From: Desulfosudaceae bacterium
GTDB lineage: Bacteria; Desulfobacterota; Desulfobacteria; Desulfobacterales; Desulfosudaceae
Assembly (NCBI GenBank): GCA_963674745.2
Contig: CAXXDV010000001.1
Span: 2,144,001 to 2,208,000, forward strand
Reading direction: 5' to 3'
Length of the DNA stretch: 64,000 bases
This document shows, piece after piece, positions 1 to 10,375 of the stretch; the stretch's first letter is position 1, and every line of letters starts with the position of its first letter. A program made the position numbers and the translations under genes. The notes under the pieces are model-generated. The model did not search any database. It had not been told where the DNA came from and saw only the letters and a list, made by a program, of their open reading frames with translations.

Positions 1-1179
1 GGCGGTCTTTGCATCGAAGTTGATGATACCGTCCGGGCGCTGGGTGCGCTGGCCCGTTACCGGCGCCGACAGACAGGCCTGATTGTCGTGGCGATTACCG
101 GCAGTAACGGTAAGACGTCGACCAAGGAGATGACCGCCCGGGTGCTGGAACAGCGATACCGGGTTCTGGCCACGGCAGGTAATTTTAATAACGAAATCGG
201 CCTGCCGCTGACGCTGTTGCGGCTGGAAGATTCGCATCAGGTGGCCGTGCTGGAGATGGGAATGAACGCACCCGGCGAGATCGCCCGTTTGACCGGTATC
301 TGCGAACCGGATGTGGGTGTGGTGCTGAATGTCGGGCAGGGACATCTGGCCGGTCTGGGCGATATTGAAAATGTGGCCCGGGCCAAAGGAGAGTTGATCG
401 AAGTAATGGGTAAAAACGGTGCCTCGGTGCTGAATGCGGATGACCCGCGGGTTATCAGGATGGCTGAACGAGCCGCCGGTCGGGTGGTGACGTTCGGGGT
501 TGACGCCGACAGCGACGTCAGCGCGCTGAATTGCCGGCCGGAAGGCACGGGTTATGCTTTTGATTTGCTGATGCCCGATGCGGATTCTGCTGTTTCCGTC
601 CGTCTGACCAGCTGTGGCCGTCATCTGGTATCAGGCGCTCTGGCCGCCGCCGCGGTGGGAAAACTGATGGATGTGCCGACGGCCGATATTGTCAAGGGCC
701 TGGAACAATTTACCCCCGTCAGCGGGCGCATGACGGTTATCAGGACAAAGGCCGGATTTTACGTGGTGGATGATACCTATAATGCCAATCCCGATTCAAT
801 GCGGGTTGCGATAGAAACGTTAAAAGGATTAAGCGGACAAAAGGCCGGGTTTCTGGTCCTGGGCGATATGTTTGAACTGGGCGAGCAGGCCGCCTCCATG
901 CACCGGCTGGTCGGTCAATGGGCGGCCCAAAGCGGTGCGGCCGGGCTTTTTGCCGTCGGTGAGAACGCCAGAAAAATGGCCGAAGGTGCGATCGGTGCGG
1001 GCATGAAAAAAAAGAAAATTTTTACCGGAGAAAAGCAAGAGGTTGCGGCCGCATTGTCGGCTTCTGTAAGTCCGGGGGACTGGATTCTTGTCAAGGGGTC
1101 AAGAGGCATGGCCATGGAAACAGTAGTCGCCGCCATCGTGGAGACCGGCGGCGGAGCAGCGGAAAAGCCGGAGGGGTAA
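1..1179 (+). CDS. murF: UDP-N-acetylmuramoyl-tripeptide--D-Ala-D-Ala ligase (5' truncated by window)
   Basis: Frame open from base 1; ITGSNGKTSTKE P-loop, NFNNEIGLP, DDTYNANPDS, LVKGSRG motifs; upstream of mraY. Confidence 0.96.
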   Translation, partial: GGLCIEVDDTVRALGALARYRRRQTGLIVVAITGSNGKTSTKEMTARVLEQRYRVLATAGNFNNEIGLPLTLLRLEDSHQVAVLEMGMNAPGEIARLTGICEPDVGVVLNVGQGHLAGLGDIENVARAKGELIEVMGKNGASVLNADDPRVIRMAERAAGRVVTFGVDADSDVSALNCRPEGTGYAFDLLMPDADSAVSVRLTSCGRHLVSGALAAAAVGKLMDVPTADIVKGLEQFTPVSGRMTVIRTKAGFYVVDDTYNANPDSMRVAIETLKGLSGQKAGFLVLGDMFELGEQAASMHRLVGQWAAQSGAAGLFAVGENARKMAEGAIGAGMKKKKIFTGEKQEVAAALSASVSPGDWILVKGSRGMAMETVVAAIVETGGGAAEKPEG

Positions 1180-1185
1180 GAAAAT

Positions 1186-2262
1186 ATGTTTTATAATTTG
1201 CTTTATCCGCTCCATGAACACATATCGTTTTTTAATATATTTCAATATATTACATTTCGGACGATATATGCCGCCGTGACCGGATTCATGATCGCTTACC
1301 TTTTTGGTCCGATGGCCATCCGATTGCTGACCCGGATGCAGATCGGCCAGTATATCCGAAAATGCGGTCCGGAAACACATCAGCAGAAGGCCGGAACACC
1401 AACCATGGGCGGCATTCTCATCATTCTGGCCGGTCTGGGGTCGAGTGTCCTCTGGGCCGATTTAACCAACCGCTATGTGCTGATCGTCATTGCGGCCACC
1501 CTGGCTTTCGGGCTGATCGGGTTTGTTGATGATTTTCAGAAAACCGTCAGAAAAAGAAACAAAGGCCTGTCAGGCTGGGCCAAGTTTACGATGCAGTGTG
1601 TGATGGCGCTGCTGGTCTGCCTCGCCATTCTCAAAGTCTCGGGTAATACCCGGCTGCTGGTACCGTTTTTGAAATCTTTTACGCCGGATCTGGGTTTGGC
1701 CTATGTGCTGTTCGGTATGTTTCTGGTCGTCGGATCGTCCAATGCCGTTAATCTGACGGACGGTCTGGACGGCCTGGCCACGGGCCCGCTGATCATATCG
1801 TATGTGGGGTACATGGGTTTTGCCTATGTGGCCGGTCACCTTATGATTTCAGATTACCTGCAGGTGACTTACGTGCCGGGCAGTGGTGAGGTGGCGGTAT
1901 GTTGCGGCGCCATGGCCGGCGCCTTGACCGGCTTTTTATGGTTCAACACCTATCCGGCGGAAATATTTATGGGTGATGTCGGATCTTTGCCCCTGGGTGG
2001 TTCGCTGGGAACGATAGCGGTCATTACCCGGCAGGAACTGCTGCTGGCACTGGTGGGCGGTATATTCGTCTTAGAAGCGCTGTCGGTAATTTTTCAGGTC
2101 GGATTTTTCAAAGCCACGCATGGAAAAAGAATTTTTCGCATGGCACCGTTGCATCACCATTTTGAATTAAAAGGGCTGGCTGAACCTAAAATTATTGTCA
2201 GGTTCTGGATCATCGCCATCGGCCTGGCGCTGGTCGCCTTGAGCACGCTGAAGATAAGGTAA
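1186..2262 (+). CDS. mraY: Phospho-N-acetylmuramoyl-pentapeptide transferase
   Basis: KAGTPTMGG, NAVNLTDGLDGL, IFMGDVGS, MAPLHHHFEL; multi-TM. Confidence 0.98.
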   Translation: MFYNLLYPLHEHISFFNIFQYITFRTIYAAVTGFMIAYLFGPMAIRLLTRMQIGQYIRKCGPETHQQKAGTPTMGGILIILAGLGSSVLWADLTNRYVLIVIAATLAFGLIGFVDDFQKTVRKRNKGLSGWAKFTMQCVMALLVCLAILKVSGNTRLLVPFLKSFTPDLGLAYVLFGMFLVVGSSNAVNLTDGLDGLATGPLIISYVGYMGFAYVAGHLMISDYLQVTYVPGSGEVAVCCGAMAGALTGFLWFNTYPAEIFMGDVGSLPLGGSLGTIAVITRQELLLALVGGIFVLEALSVIFQVGFFKATHGKRIFRMAPLHHHFELKGLAEPKIIVRFWIIAIGLALVALSTLKIR

Positions 2263-2273
2263 ATGGAGCGTTA

Positions 2274-3653
2274 ATGGAGATAGAGGGCAAAAAATTCCTG
2301 GTGGTCGGTCTGGGTGTATCCGGCTTTGCCGTGGCCCGTTTTTTAAAACGGCGGGGCGGTAATGTCACGATTACCGACAGAGCGCCGGCGAGTGAACTGC
2401 AGCAGTACCTGGCCGATGCCGAGGCGCTGGATGTCGGCCTGGAACTGGGCGGTCACACGGAGCAATCCTTTACAACGGCTGATTTCATAATTGTCAGCCC
2501 CGGTGTGCCGTTGACAATAGCGCCATTAAAGGCGGCCGCGGAAGCGAATGTGCCGATTATGGGAGAGATCGAACTGGCCGCCGGCCTTATCTCTAAACCC
2601 ATTGTGGCGATTACCGGCACCAATGGCAAAACAACCGTGACCACAATGGTGGGGGACATGCTCAAACAGTCCGGAAAACACGTCTTTGTGGGCGGCAATA
2701 TCGGCAAACCCCTGATCAGTTTTGTCGATAAGGGTGAAAACGCCGATGTGGCGGTGGTGGAAATAAGCAGTTTTCAGCTGGATGGCCTTTACGGTTTAAA
2801 GCCGGCCGTTGCCGTTCTGCTGAATATCGCCGAAGACCATCTTGACCGCTATGATGATTTCGATGCCTATATTGAGTCCAAGGGAAAACTTTTCGCCGCC
2901 CAGGAGGAAGGCGACGCGGCTGTCCTGAACGGTTCTGATTTTCATGTGTTAAAGGCGGCAAAAAACGCCAGGAGCAGGAAATTTTATTTTAACAGCGGGC
3001 AGAACATCAGCAACGGGGCAGTGGCTACCGGGGACGGCCTTGATGTTCTGGAGGATGGCAACCTGATTGCCAGGCTGGTCATCCGTCAGCCTTATCTGCG
3101 AGCGCCGCATAATTTTGAGAACGTATCAGCGGCTGTGCTGGCGGCGATTTTGTCCGGCGGGACAGCTGAAGGTATTCAGGCGGCAATAGATGATTTCCGT
3201 GGTCTTCCCCACCGCCTGGAATATGTGGCTTCCGTCGATAAGGTGGCCTACTACAATGATTCCAAGGCGACAAACCCGGATGCCGTCAGGCGGGCGCTGG
3301 AATGGTTTTCCTGCCCGGTTGTGCTGCTGATGGGCGGACTGGACAAGGGGTGTGATTACGGTGTGTTAAGGAATGTCATCCGGGAGCATGCCCGGGCAAT
3401 CGTTCTTTTCGGGTCGGCCCGGGGAAAAATTAAGATGTCACTGAACGGCGCCGTGCCGGTGTGGGCCGAAGACACCCTCGCCAGGGCGGTAAACCGGGCC
3501 AGGTCTGTGGCTGAAGCGGGTGATGTGGTGCTATTGTCTCCGGCCTGTGCCAGTTTTGACGCATATGAAAATTACGCCCGGCGGGGAGACGATTTTCGAC
3601 AAATCGTGAATGATTTAAAAGAGGATAATAATGCAGCTGTCCAGGAAAAGTGA
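2274..3653 (+). CDS. murD: UDP-N-acetylmuramoyl-L-alanine--D-glutamate ligase
   Basis: ITGTNGKTT, VEISSFQL, NDSKATN, LLSPACASFD. Confidence 0.97.
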   Translation: MEIEGKKFLVVGLGVSGFAVARFLKRRGGNVTITDRAPASELQQYLADAEALDVGLELGGHTEQSFTTADFIIVSPGVPLTIAPLKAAAEANVPIMGEIELAAGLISKPIVAITGTNGKTTVTTMVGDMLKQSGKHVFVGGNIGKPLISFVDKGENADVAVVEISSFQLDGLYGLKPAVAVLLNIAEDHLDRYDDFDAYIESKGKLFAAQEEGDAAVLNGSDFHVLKAAKNARSRKFYFNSGQNISNGAVATGDGLDVLEDGNLIARLVIRQPYLRAPHNFENVSAAVLAAILSGGTAEGIQAAIDDFRGLPHRLEYVASVDKVAYYNDSKATNPDAVRRALEWFSCPVVLLMGGLDKGCDYGVLRNVIREHARAIVLFGSARGKIKMSLNGAVPVWAEDTLARAVNRARSVAEAGDVVLLSPACASFDAYENYARRGDDFRQIVNDLKEDNNAAVQEK

Positions 3654-4746
3654 GCATCCGCTATATTTTGATGCTTTTTTGCTGTTTCCGGTACTGATAC
3701 TGACGGGAATCGGTGTCCTCATGGTGTACAGCGCCAGTTCAAGCATTGCCGCGGACAAATTCGGTGACAGCGCCTATTTTTTAAAAAAGCAGATGCTTTT
3801 TGCCCTGGTCGGGGTCAGCCTGATGATTCTGTTCAGATATTTGAATTATCGCCTGCTGCGTGTTCTGGCCTATGTTATTCTGGCCGGCGCTTTTGCCCTG
3901 CTGGCGGCTGTACATGTCAACGGGGTCGGATTTTCAGCCAACGGTGCCACTCGATGGCTGCGTTTGTTCGGATATTCCTTTCAACCGTCGGTAATGGCCG
4001 AATACGCCCTGATCATATACCTGGCCTATTCGCTGAACAAGAAGCAGGAAAACCTGGATGCGTTTTCCATCGGCTTCCTGCCCCATGTCTTTGTTTTCGG
4101 CGCGCTGGCCGTCTTGATCCTGTCGCAGCCGGATTTCGGTTCGGTGGTCGTTTTCGGGCTGATTACCTGGGTCATGCTGTTTGTGGCCGGAACAAGGCTG
4201 ATGCACTTGTTTACGTCGCTGATCTTTTTATTACCCCCGGCGATTTATTACATGGTTAAGGCGGATTACCGGCTGAGCCGGCTGACAAGTTTTCTTGATC
4301 CCTGGAGATACCAGTATGACAGCGGATACCAGATTGTTCATTCATTCATGGCCTTTGGCACCGGGGGGATATGGGGTACCGGCATCGGTCAGGGGTGCCA
4401 GAAACTTTATTATCTGCCGGAACCGCATACGGATTTTATTTTTTCGGTTATCGGTGAAGAACTGGGGTTATGGGGCGTGATGTTGATTCTGATTCTGTTT
4501 ATGACGCTTTTGTGGCGCGGCATCGTCATCTCCGGATCGGCGGCCGACCGGTTTGGCACCCTGTTGGCCCTGGGGTTAACGGCCGCCATCAGCTTCCAGG
4601 TGTTTGTCAACACCGGTGTGGCCGTCGGCATTTTACCCACAAAAGGCATAACATTACCCTTTCTCAGTTACGGGGGGACGTCACTGGTTTTTAACCTGGC
4701 GGCCGTCGGCGTGCTGATGAACATCGGACATAAGCGTGATGCGTGA
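3631..4746 (+). CDS. ftsW: Peptidoglycan polymerase FtsW (SEDS)
   Basis: NGATRWL, QPDFG, LPEPHTDFIF, LPFLSYGG; position between murD and murG. Confidence 0.96.
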   Translation: MQLSRKSEHPLYFDAFLLFPVLILTGIGVLMVYSASSSIAADKFGDSAYFLKKQMLFALVGVSLMILFRYLNYRLLRVLAYVILAGAFALLAAVHVNGVGFSANGATRWLRLFGYSFQPSVMAEYALIIYLAYSLNKKQENLDAFSIGFLPHVFVFGALAVLILSQPDFGSVVVFGLITWVMLFVAGTRLMHLFTSLIFLLPPAIYYMVKADYRLSRLTSFLDPWRYQYDSGYQIVHSFMAFGTGGIWGTGIGQGCQKLYYLPEPHTDFIFSVIGEELGLWGVMLILILFMTLLWRGIVISGSAADRFGTLLALGLTAAISFQVFVNTGVAVGILPTKGITLPFLSYGGTSLVFNLAAVGVLMNIGHKRDA

Positions 4747-4750
4747 TGAT

Positions 4751-5905
4751 ATGAAAACAAAAAACGTTATGGCGGAAGGGCCGCGGGTAATTATTGCCGG
4801 CGGTGCCACGGGCGGACACCTCTTCCCGGGGATCGCCATAGCCGAACAATTGCGTGAGGCGCGGCCTTCCAGCCGGGTGATGTTTGTCAGTACCGGTACC
4901 GCTATCGAGAAACGTGTTCTGCCGAAGACCGGATTTGACTTTAAACGCATTGCCTCAGAAGGAATAAAAGGCCGGAGCCGGGTCGCCCGGGTGCGCGCCC
5001 TGGCCAAGCTGGCGGTAGGTATCTTTGTCGGGGCCGGATTGATCCGGAAATTCAAACCGGACCTGATTGTCGGGATGGGAAGTTACTCGTCGGCGCCGAT
5101 TGTTATCAGTGGCTGGCTTCTGGGCGTTCCCATCGCACTGCACGAACAGAACGCCCTTCCGGGAATAACCAACCGGATGCTGTCCCGACTGGCCGACAGG
5201 GTGTTTGTTTCTTTTTCGAAATCAGCCGGAATATGGCCCGCGGAAAAAGTAAGAGTCACCGGTAATCCGGTACGAAAGGATATCCTGCTGGCCATGGACA
5301 ACAACAAAACCGGAAAAACCGGCAAAGCGGCGGCGTTTACCGTTATGGTTATCGGCGGCAGTCAGGGCGCCAGTAAAATCAATCAGGCGGTGACCGGTGC
5401 GCTGGCCGGTTTAACGGGAAAAGAGCACCTGTTTTTTATTCATCAGACGGGTGAGGCGGATGAAGCAGCGGTTCGCCTGGCCTATCAGCAGCAAGGCGTT
5501 GCGTGCCTGGTACAGTCCTTTTTTGACGATATGGCTGCCTGCTATACCCGGGCGGATTTTCTTATCTGTCGTGCCGGGGCGACCACGGTGGCTGAAATTG
5601 TCTGCCTGGGTAAACCGGGAATCCTGGTACCGTTCCCTTACGCGGCTGACGATCATCAGACCGAGAACGCCAGGGCGCTGAAAGAAGCCGGCGGCGTGGA
5701 GCTGATCCAGGAAAGCGAGCTAACGGAACAGGTGGTCGCGGAAAAAGTGTCGTACTACGCCGCCCACCGTTCATTGCTAAAGGAAATGGGCGAGAAACTG
5801 AAGGCTATCGGCAAGCCGGAAGCGGGAAAAATCATAGCCGAAGAATGCCTGAACCTGATGGCCAATGTGAAAAAACGGAGGTCGTTTATTTACGCATGTA
5901 TTTAA
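4751..5905 (+). CDS. murG: Lipid II GlcNAc transferase MurG (start uncertain, 4739-4751)
   Basis: GGATGGHLFPG, HEQNALPG, TGNPVR, GGSQGA, RAGATT, DHQTENA. Confidence 0.96.
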   Translation: MKTKNVMAEGPRVIIAGGATGGHLFPGIAIAEQLREARPSSRVMFVSTGTAIEKRVLPKTGFDFKRIASEGIKGRSRVARVRALAKLAVGIFVGAGLIRKFKPDLIVGMGSYSSAPIVISGWLLGVPIALHEQNALPGITNRMLSRLADRVFVSFSKSAGIWPAEKVRVTGNPVRKDILLAMDNNKTGKTGKAAAFTVMVIGGSQGASKINQAVTGALAGLTGKEHLFFIHQTGEADEAAVRLAYQQQGVACLVQSFFDDMAACYTRADFLICRAGATTVAEIVCLGKPGILVPFPYAADDHQTENARALKEAGGVELIQESELTEQVVAEKVSYYAAHRSLLKEMGEKLKAIGKPEAGKIIAEECLNLMANVKKRRSFIYACI

Positions 5906-7272
5906 AAGACTATCATATATTTTTTGTCGGTATCGGCGGCATCGGTATGAGCGGCATAGCTGAACTTTTGCTGAATCTGGGATATACCGTATCCGGTTCC
6001 GACGTGCGGTCCAGCAATATAACCAGCCGGCTGACGGACATGGGAGGAACGATTTTCTACCAGCATGACCGGAACAATATCGCCGGTGTCGACGTGGTGG
6101 TCGTTTCATCCGCCATCGGTAAGGACAACCCGGAAGTCGAAGCCGCCCGTGCCGGCAATATTCCGGTGATTCCCCGGGCAGAGATGCTGGCGGAGATCAT
6201 GCGTCTGAAATACAGCATTGTGGTTGCCGGTGCTCACGGCAAAACATCAACGACTTCCATGATCGCCGGTGTTCTGGAAGAGGGAGCGCTTGACCCGACG
6301 GTGGTGGTGGGTGGCCGTCTGATCAGCGCCGGCACGAACGCCCTGCTGGGCAGCGGTGACTATATCGTGGCCGAAGCGGATGAAAGCGACGGCTCGTTTT
6401 TGAAATTTACCCCGTCTATCGCCGTTGTGACCAATATTGACCGGGAGCATCTCGATTACTACGACGGGCTGGAAACAATAAAAGGCGTGTTCCTTGAGTT
6501 TGTGAATCGCATTCCGTTTTATGGCGTGGCGGTGGTCTGCCTTGATAACGAACCGTTGCAGGAAATCCTGCCCACCATACAGAAACGGTGTATTACCTAC
6601 GGTACCAGCAAGCAGGCCGATTTCCAGGCGCGTAAGCTCAAACTGGGAAAGGGAAAAGCCTGCTTCGCCGTTTACCATTCAAACAATAAGTTGGGCGATA
6701 TCTCTCTTAATTCACTGGGGGCGCATAATGTCAGAAATGCCCTGGCGGCGGTGGTGGTCGGGATAGAGCTGGGCATCCCTTTTGAACGGATAAAACGTTC
6801 CCTGGAAACCATGACCGGCGTGCACCGGCGGCTGGAGATTAAAGGAGAGACCGGCGATATAATCGTGGTGGATGATTACGGCCACCATCCCACGGAGATA
6901 AAAGCGACATTGCAGGCGTTACGGGAAAACTGGGAAGAACAGCGCATCCGGGTTATTTTTCAGCCGCACCGGTATAGCCGGACAAAGGCCTTGTTTGATG
7001 ATTTCACACGCGCTTTTTATCAAAGTGATGATCTGATTGTTTTGCCGGTATACCCTGCCGGAGAAAAGGCAATCGAAGGGGCCGACGGGTTGGCTTTAAC
7101 TGAAGGCATTCGCGCCCACGGCCATAAAAGTGTGCGTTACGAAAAAGATCAGGCCGGCGCCTGCGCTTATCTGGAGGAAACACGCCAAAAGGGCGATATT
7201 GTAGTGACACTCGGGGCCGGAGATGTCTGGAAGGCGGGAGAGTTTCTCCTTTCCGGGCAGTGGGGAGAATGA
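5896..7272 (+). CDS. murC: UDP-N-acetylmuramate--L-alanine ligase
   Basis: GIGGIGMSGIA, GAHGKTST, EADESDGSF, DDYGHHPTE, FQPHRYSRT; ATG at 5896. Confidence 0.98.
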   Translation: MYLKDYHIFFVGIGGIGMSGIAELLLNLGYTVSGSDVRSSNITSRLTDMGGTIFYQHDRNNIAGVDVVVVSSAIGKDNPEVEAARAGNIPVIPRAEMLAEIMRLKYSIVVAGAHGKTSTTSMIAGVLEEGALDPTVVVGGRLISAGTNALLGSGDYIVAEADESDGSFLKFTPSIAVVTNIDREHLDYYDGLETIKGVFLEFVNRIPFYGVAVVCLDNEPLQEILPTIQKRCITYGTSKQADFQARKLKLGKGKACFAVYHSNNKLGDISLNSLGAHNVRNALAAVVVGIELGIPFERIKRSLETMTGVHRRLEIKGETGDIIVVDDYGHHPTEIKATLQALRENWEEQRIRVIFQPHRYSRTKALFDDFTRAFYQSDDLIVLPVYPAGEKAIEGADGLALTEGIRAHGHKSVRYEKDQAGACAYLEETRQKGDIVVTLGAGDVWKAGEFLLSGQWGE

Positions 7273-8222
7273 ACGGGATGTTGAACACGGAATTCAAGGT
7301 CTGGCTGCAGCAGCGTTTGCCGGGACGGGTAAAGCTTGATGAACCCATGTCCAAGCATACCTCGTTCTGTGTCGGCGGCCCCGCCGAAGTTTTCGTGTCA
7401 GTCAAAAATGAAAGGCAGTTGTCGGAACTGATCGTGGCATGTGTGGACGCGGGTATACAATATACACCGGTGGCCGGCGGAACCAACCTTCTGGTCAAAG
7501 ACGAGGGCATTTCCGGTGTGGTTATTAATATGAAGAAAGACTTGAAAGAAATAACGGTTGACCCCGGTGATGATGACAACGTCAGGATTCGGGCCCAGGC
7601 CGGTGTCAATCTGCAGACACTTTGTCGTCAGGCCATTGACAGCGGTTTTGCCGGCTTAAATTTCGCCCTGGGTATTCCCGGGACTGTCGGCGGTGCGGTC
7701 ATTATGAACGCGGGCACGTCACGGGGCGTCATGGCCGATATCCTGGAGACGGTCACCACGCTGACACCGGACGGCCGCCTGGTTGAAAAAACCGGCCGGG
7801 ACCTGGATTTTGGTTATCGCCGTTTTGCGATAAAAGGTGTTTCGCCGAAGGAAAATGAACCGATCCTGGTAACCGCCGTCAATTTGTCCTGTCGGCCTGA
7901 TGATACGAAGAAATTGCGGGAGGAAGCCCGGGATATTTTAAATGAACGTATGCGGAATCATCCCATTGGTGTTCAAAGCGCGGGATGCTTTTTTAAAAAT
8001 CCGGTCGAGGGCGAATCGGCGGGCAAGTTGATCGACCTGGCGGGATTGAAGGGCAGGCGTGTCGGTGGCGCTGTCGTATCGGACAAGCACGCCAACTATA
8101 TTGTTAATACGGGTGGGGCCACTGCCGGGGATATTCTGGAACTGATGGCCATTGTTCAGGAACAGGTAGAAGAACAGTTCGGCGTTGTGCTTGAACCGGA
8201 GGTGAAAATTGTCGGCGAGTAG
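7269..8222 (+). CDS. murB: UDP-N-acetylenolpyruvoylglucosamine reductase
   Basis: GGTNLLV, GIPGTVGGAVIMNAG, SAGCFFKNP, KHANYIVN. Confidence 0.97.
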   Translation: MNGMLNTEFKVWLQQRLPGRVKLDEPMSKHTSFCVGGPAEVFVSVKNERQLSELIVACVDAGIQYTPVAGGTNLLVKDEGISGVVINMKKDLKEITVDPGDDDNVRIRAQAGVNLQTLCRQAIDSGFAGLNFALGIPGTVGGAVIMNAGTSRGVMADILETVTTLTPDGRLVEKTGRDLDFGYRRFAIKGVSPKENEPILVTAVNLSCRPDDTKKLREEARDILNERMRNHPIGVQSAGCFFKNPVEGESAGKLIDLAGLKGRRVGGAVVSDKHANYIVNTGGATAGDILELMAIVQEQVEEQFGVVLEPEVKIVGE

Positions 8223-8241
8223 ACGCGGTCAGCTGGACTTG

Positions 8242-9111
8242 ATGATGAAGAAAGCACCCCGGAAAAACCGGAAAAAGAATGTTGCCGGTTACGGGCGGTT
8301 TGAAAAGGCCAAACCGGTCTTAAGGGTGATGGCCGTCGTGTCTGTAATGGTGGTGTTAAGTGCGGGATTCGTTTTCGGATATGGCTTCTTTATCTGTTCC
8401 GATTGTCTGCGTGTAACGGACGTCCGGGTTGAAGGCGCTTCGATCCTCAGCCGGTCGGCCATTATCCGGCGAGCGGGGATTAAGCCGGGCGACAATATTC
8501 TGGCGGTTAATCTGTCCGTGGCCAGGCGGCGGTTGCAGGCTGAGCCATGGATCAGGGACGTCCGGATCAGCCGGATATTCCCGTCAACCATCGAGATCGG
8601 GATCCGGGAACATACCCCGGTCGCGATTTTGGATTGTGAAGGCGGCCTGTTGGTTAACAGCCGGCGTCAAATTTTCAAACGTGTTGAAGCGGCAGATCCG
8701 GTATCTCTGCCGGTCATCAGTGGCGTTACACTGAATGATTTCGATAAGACCGGTCGGTCGGCCAGTCCTGCTCTTAACGATGCCTTTGATGTGATAGAAA
8801 ACCGAATGCCGGACATGAATTTTGAAAAAGTACTGGCCGATCCGGATACGGGCCTGACCCTTTATGCCTTTGGGTCCATTGACGAAGTCCGTTTCGGCTT
8901 TGATGACGATAATGATAATTACCGGAACAAGTTTCGACGGTTAAAATGTATGCTGAAGTATTGTTCCAACCGGGGAGACGCCGGTCGTCTGGCCTCCGCC
9001 GGTTTTGAGTATCCGGACCGGGTTGTGGTCAAAACAGCAGCCGGGGATTCATACGCCGCAACACTAAAAGGGGGTAACCATGAAGGAACAGGATATCATC
9101 GTCGGTCTTGA
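8242..9111 (+). CDS. ftsQ: Cell division protein FtsQ/DivIB
   Basis: Basic N-tail, single TM, POTRA-like segment (EPWIRDVRISRIFPSTIEIGIRE); between murB and ftsA. Confidence 0.88.
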   Translation: MMKKAPRKNRKKNVAGYGRFEKAKPVLRVMAVVSVMVVLSAGFVFGYGFFICSDCLRVTDVRVEGASILSRSAIIRRAGIKPGDNILAVNLSVARRRLQAEPWIRDVRISRIFPSTIEIGIREHTPVAILDCEGGLLVNSRRQIFKRVEAADPVSLPVISGVTLNDFDKTGRSASPALNDAFDVIENRMPDMNFEKVLADPDTGLTLYAFGSIDEVRFGFDDDNDNYRNKFRRLKCMLKYCSNRGDAGRLASAGFEYPDRVVVKTAAGDSYAATLKGGNHEGTGYHRRS

Positions 9112-10303
9112 CATCGGCACCACAAAAATTTGTGCGGTGGTCGGAGAGCGTGAAGGCGACAAGATTAATATAATCGGGATCGGTATGCATCCTTCAGAAG
9201 GGCTGCGTAAAGGCGTGGTTGTGGATATTGAATCAACGGTTTCTTCCATAAAAAAAGCGGTCGAGGAAGCGGAACTCATGGCCGGATGTGAGATTTCCAA
9301 CGCTTATGTCGGTGTCGCCGGCGGCCATATTTCCAGTTTCAACAGCCGGGGCGTGATCGCCATTAAAGGGCGGGAGATCACCCGTGCCGATCTGGAAAGG
9401 GTGAAGGAAGCGGCCAGTGCGGTGGCCATTCCCATGGACCGGGAGATTATTCATATTCTGCCCCAGGAATATATCGTGGACGACGAGCCGGGAATTCAGA
9501 ACCCGGTGGGGATGTCCGGCGTCAGGCTGGAGGTCAAGATCCATATCGTCACCGGAGCGGTGGCTTCGGCCCATAATATTGTCAAGTGCGCCCATAGAGC
9601 CGGATTGGATGTCTGTGACATTGTGCTCGAATCGCTGGCCTCGGGCGAGGCGGTATTGACGGACGAGGAAAAAACGCTGGGCGCCGCATTGATCGATCTA
9701 GGCGGGGGGACCAGCGATCTGGCCATATTCTGCGGCGGTAATATCCGTCACACGTTTGTCCTGTCGCTGGGAGGCAATAACCTGACCAATGATATCGCCA
9801 TCGGGCTGCGGACACCGCATGCCGAAGCCGAAAAAATCAAGAAACGGTTTATCAGTCCGGAATCCGGAAAAGAGGGAAGCGGCGGTGAGATAGAGGTCAA
9901 ACGGACCGGCGGACGGAATTCGGAAATGATACCCGTCCATATCCTTAATGAAATTATTACCCCCCGGGTGGAAGAAATGTTTACGCTGATCAACCGCGAG
10001 ATTATCAGCAAAGGCGCCATAGAAGAAATGACCACCGGTGTGGTCCTGGCCGGAGGGACCGCTCTGCTGGACGGTATCTGCGAGGTGGCCGAATCCATAA
10101 TCAATCAGCCGACCCGTTTGGGACGTCCCGGCGGTATCAGCGGCCTGGTAGACGTGGTCAATAATCCCATGTATGCCACCGGCGTCGGGCTGGTGCTTTA
10201 CGGAGCAAGGAATGAATCGACCCGGAAGTTCCGGATTCGGGATACCAATATATTCAACCGTCTTATCGGCAGAATGAAAAAATGGTTCAAGGAAATTGTA
10301 TAA
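9080..10303 (+). CDS. ftsA: Cell division protein FtsA
   Basis: GLDIGTTKI, GMSGVRLE, IDLGGGTSD, amphipathic C-terminus KKWFKEIV. Confidence 0.98.
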   Translation: MKEQDIIVGLDIGTTKICAVVGEREGDKINIIGIGMHPSEGLRKGVVVDIESTVSSIKKAVEEAELMAGCEISNAYVGVAGGHISSFNSRGVIAIKGREITRADLERVKEAASAVAIPMDREIIHILPQEYIVDDEPGIQNPVGMSGVRLEVKIHIVTGAVASAHNIVKCAHRAGLDVCDIVLESLASGEAVLTDEEKTLGAALIDLGGGTSDLAIFCGGNIRHTFVLSLGGNNLTNDIAIGLRTPHAEAEKIKKRFISPESGKEGSGGEIEVKRTGGRNSEMIPVHILNEIITPRVEEMFTLINREIISKGAIEEMTTGVVLAGGTALLDGICEVAESIINQPTRLGRPGGISGLVDVVNNPMYATGVGLVLYGARNESTRKFRIRDTNIFNRLIGRMKKWFKEIV

Positions 10304-10375
10304 ACAGGCCCCAAAAGGGATCGTATTTACGTTGAATAAACATATATTAATCCACATAACCAGGAGGAGGTGCAT

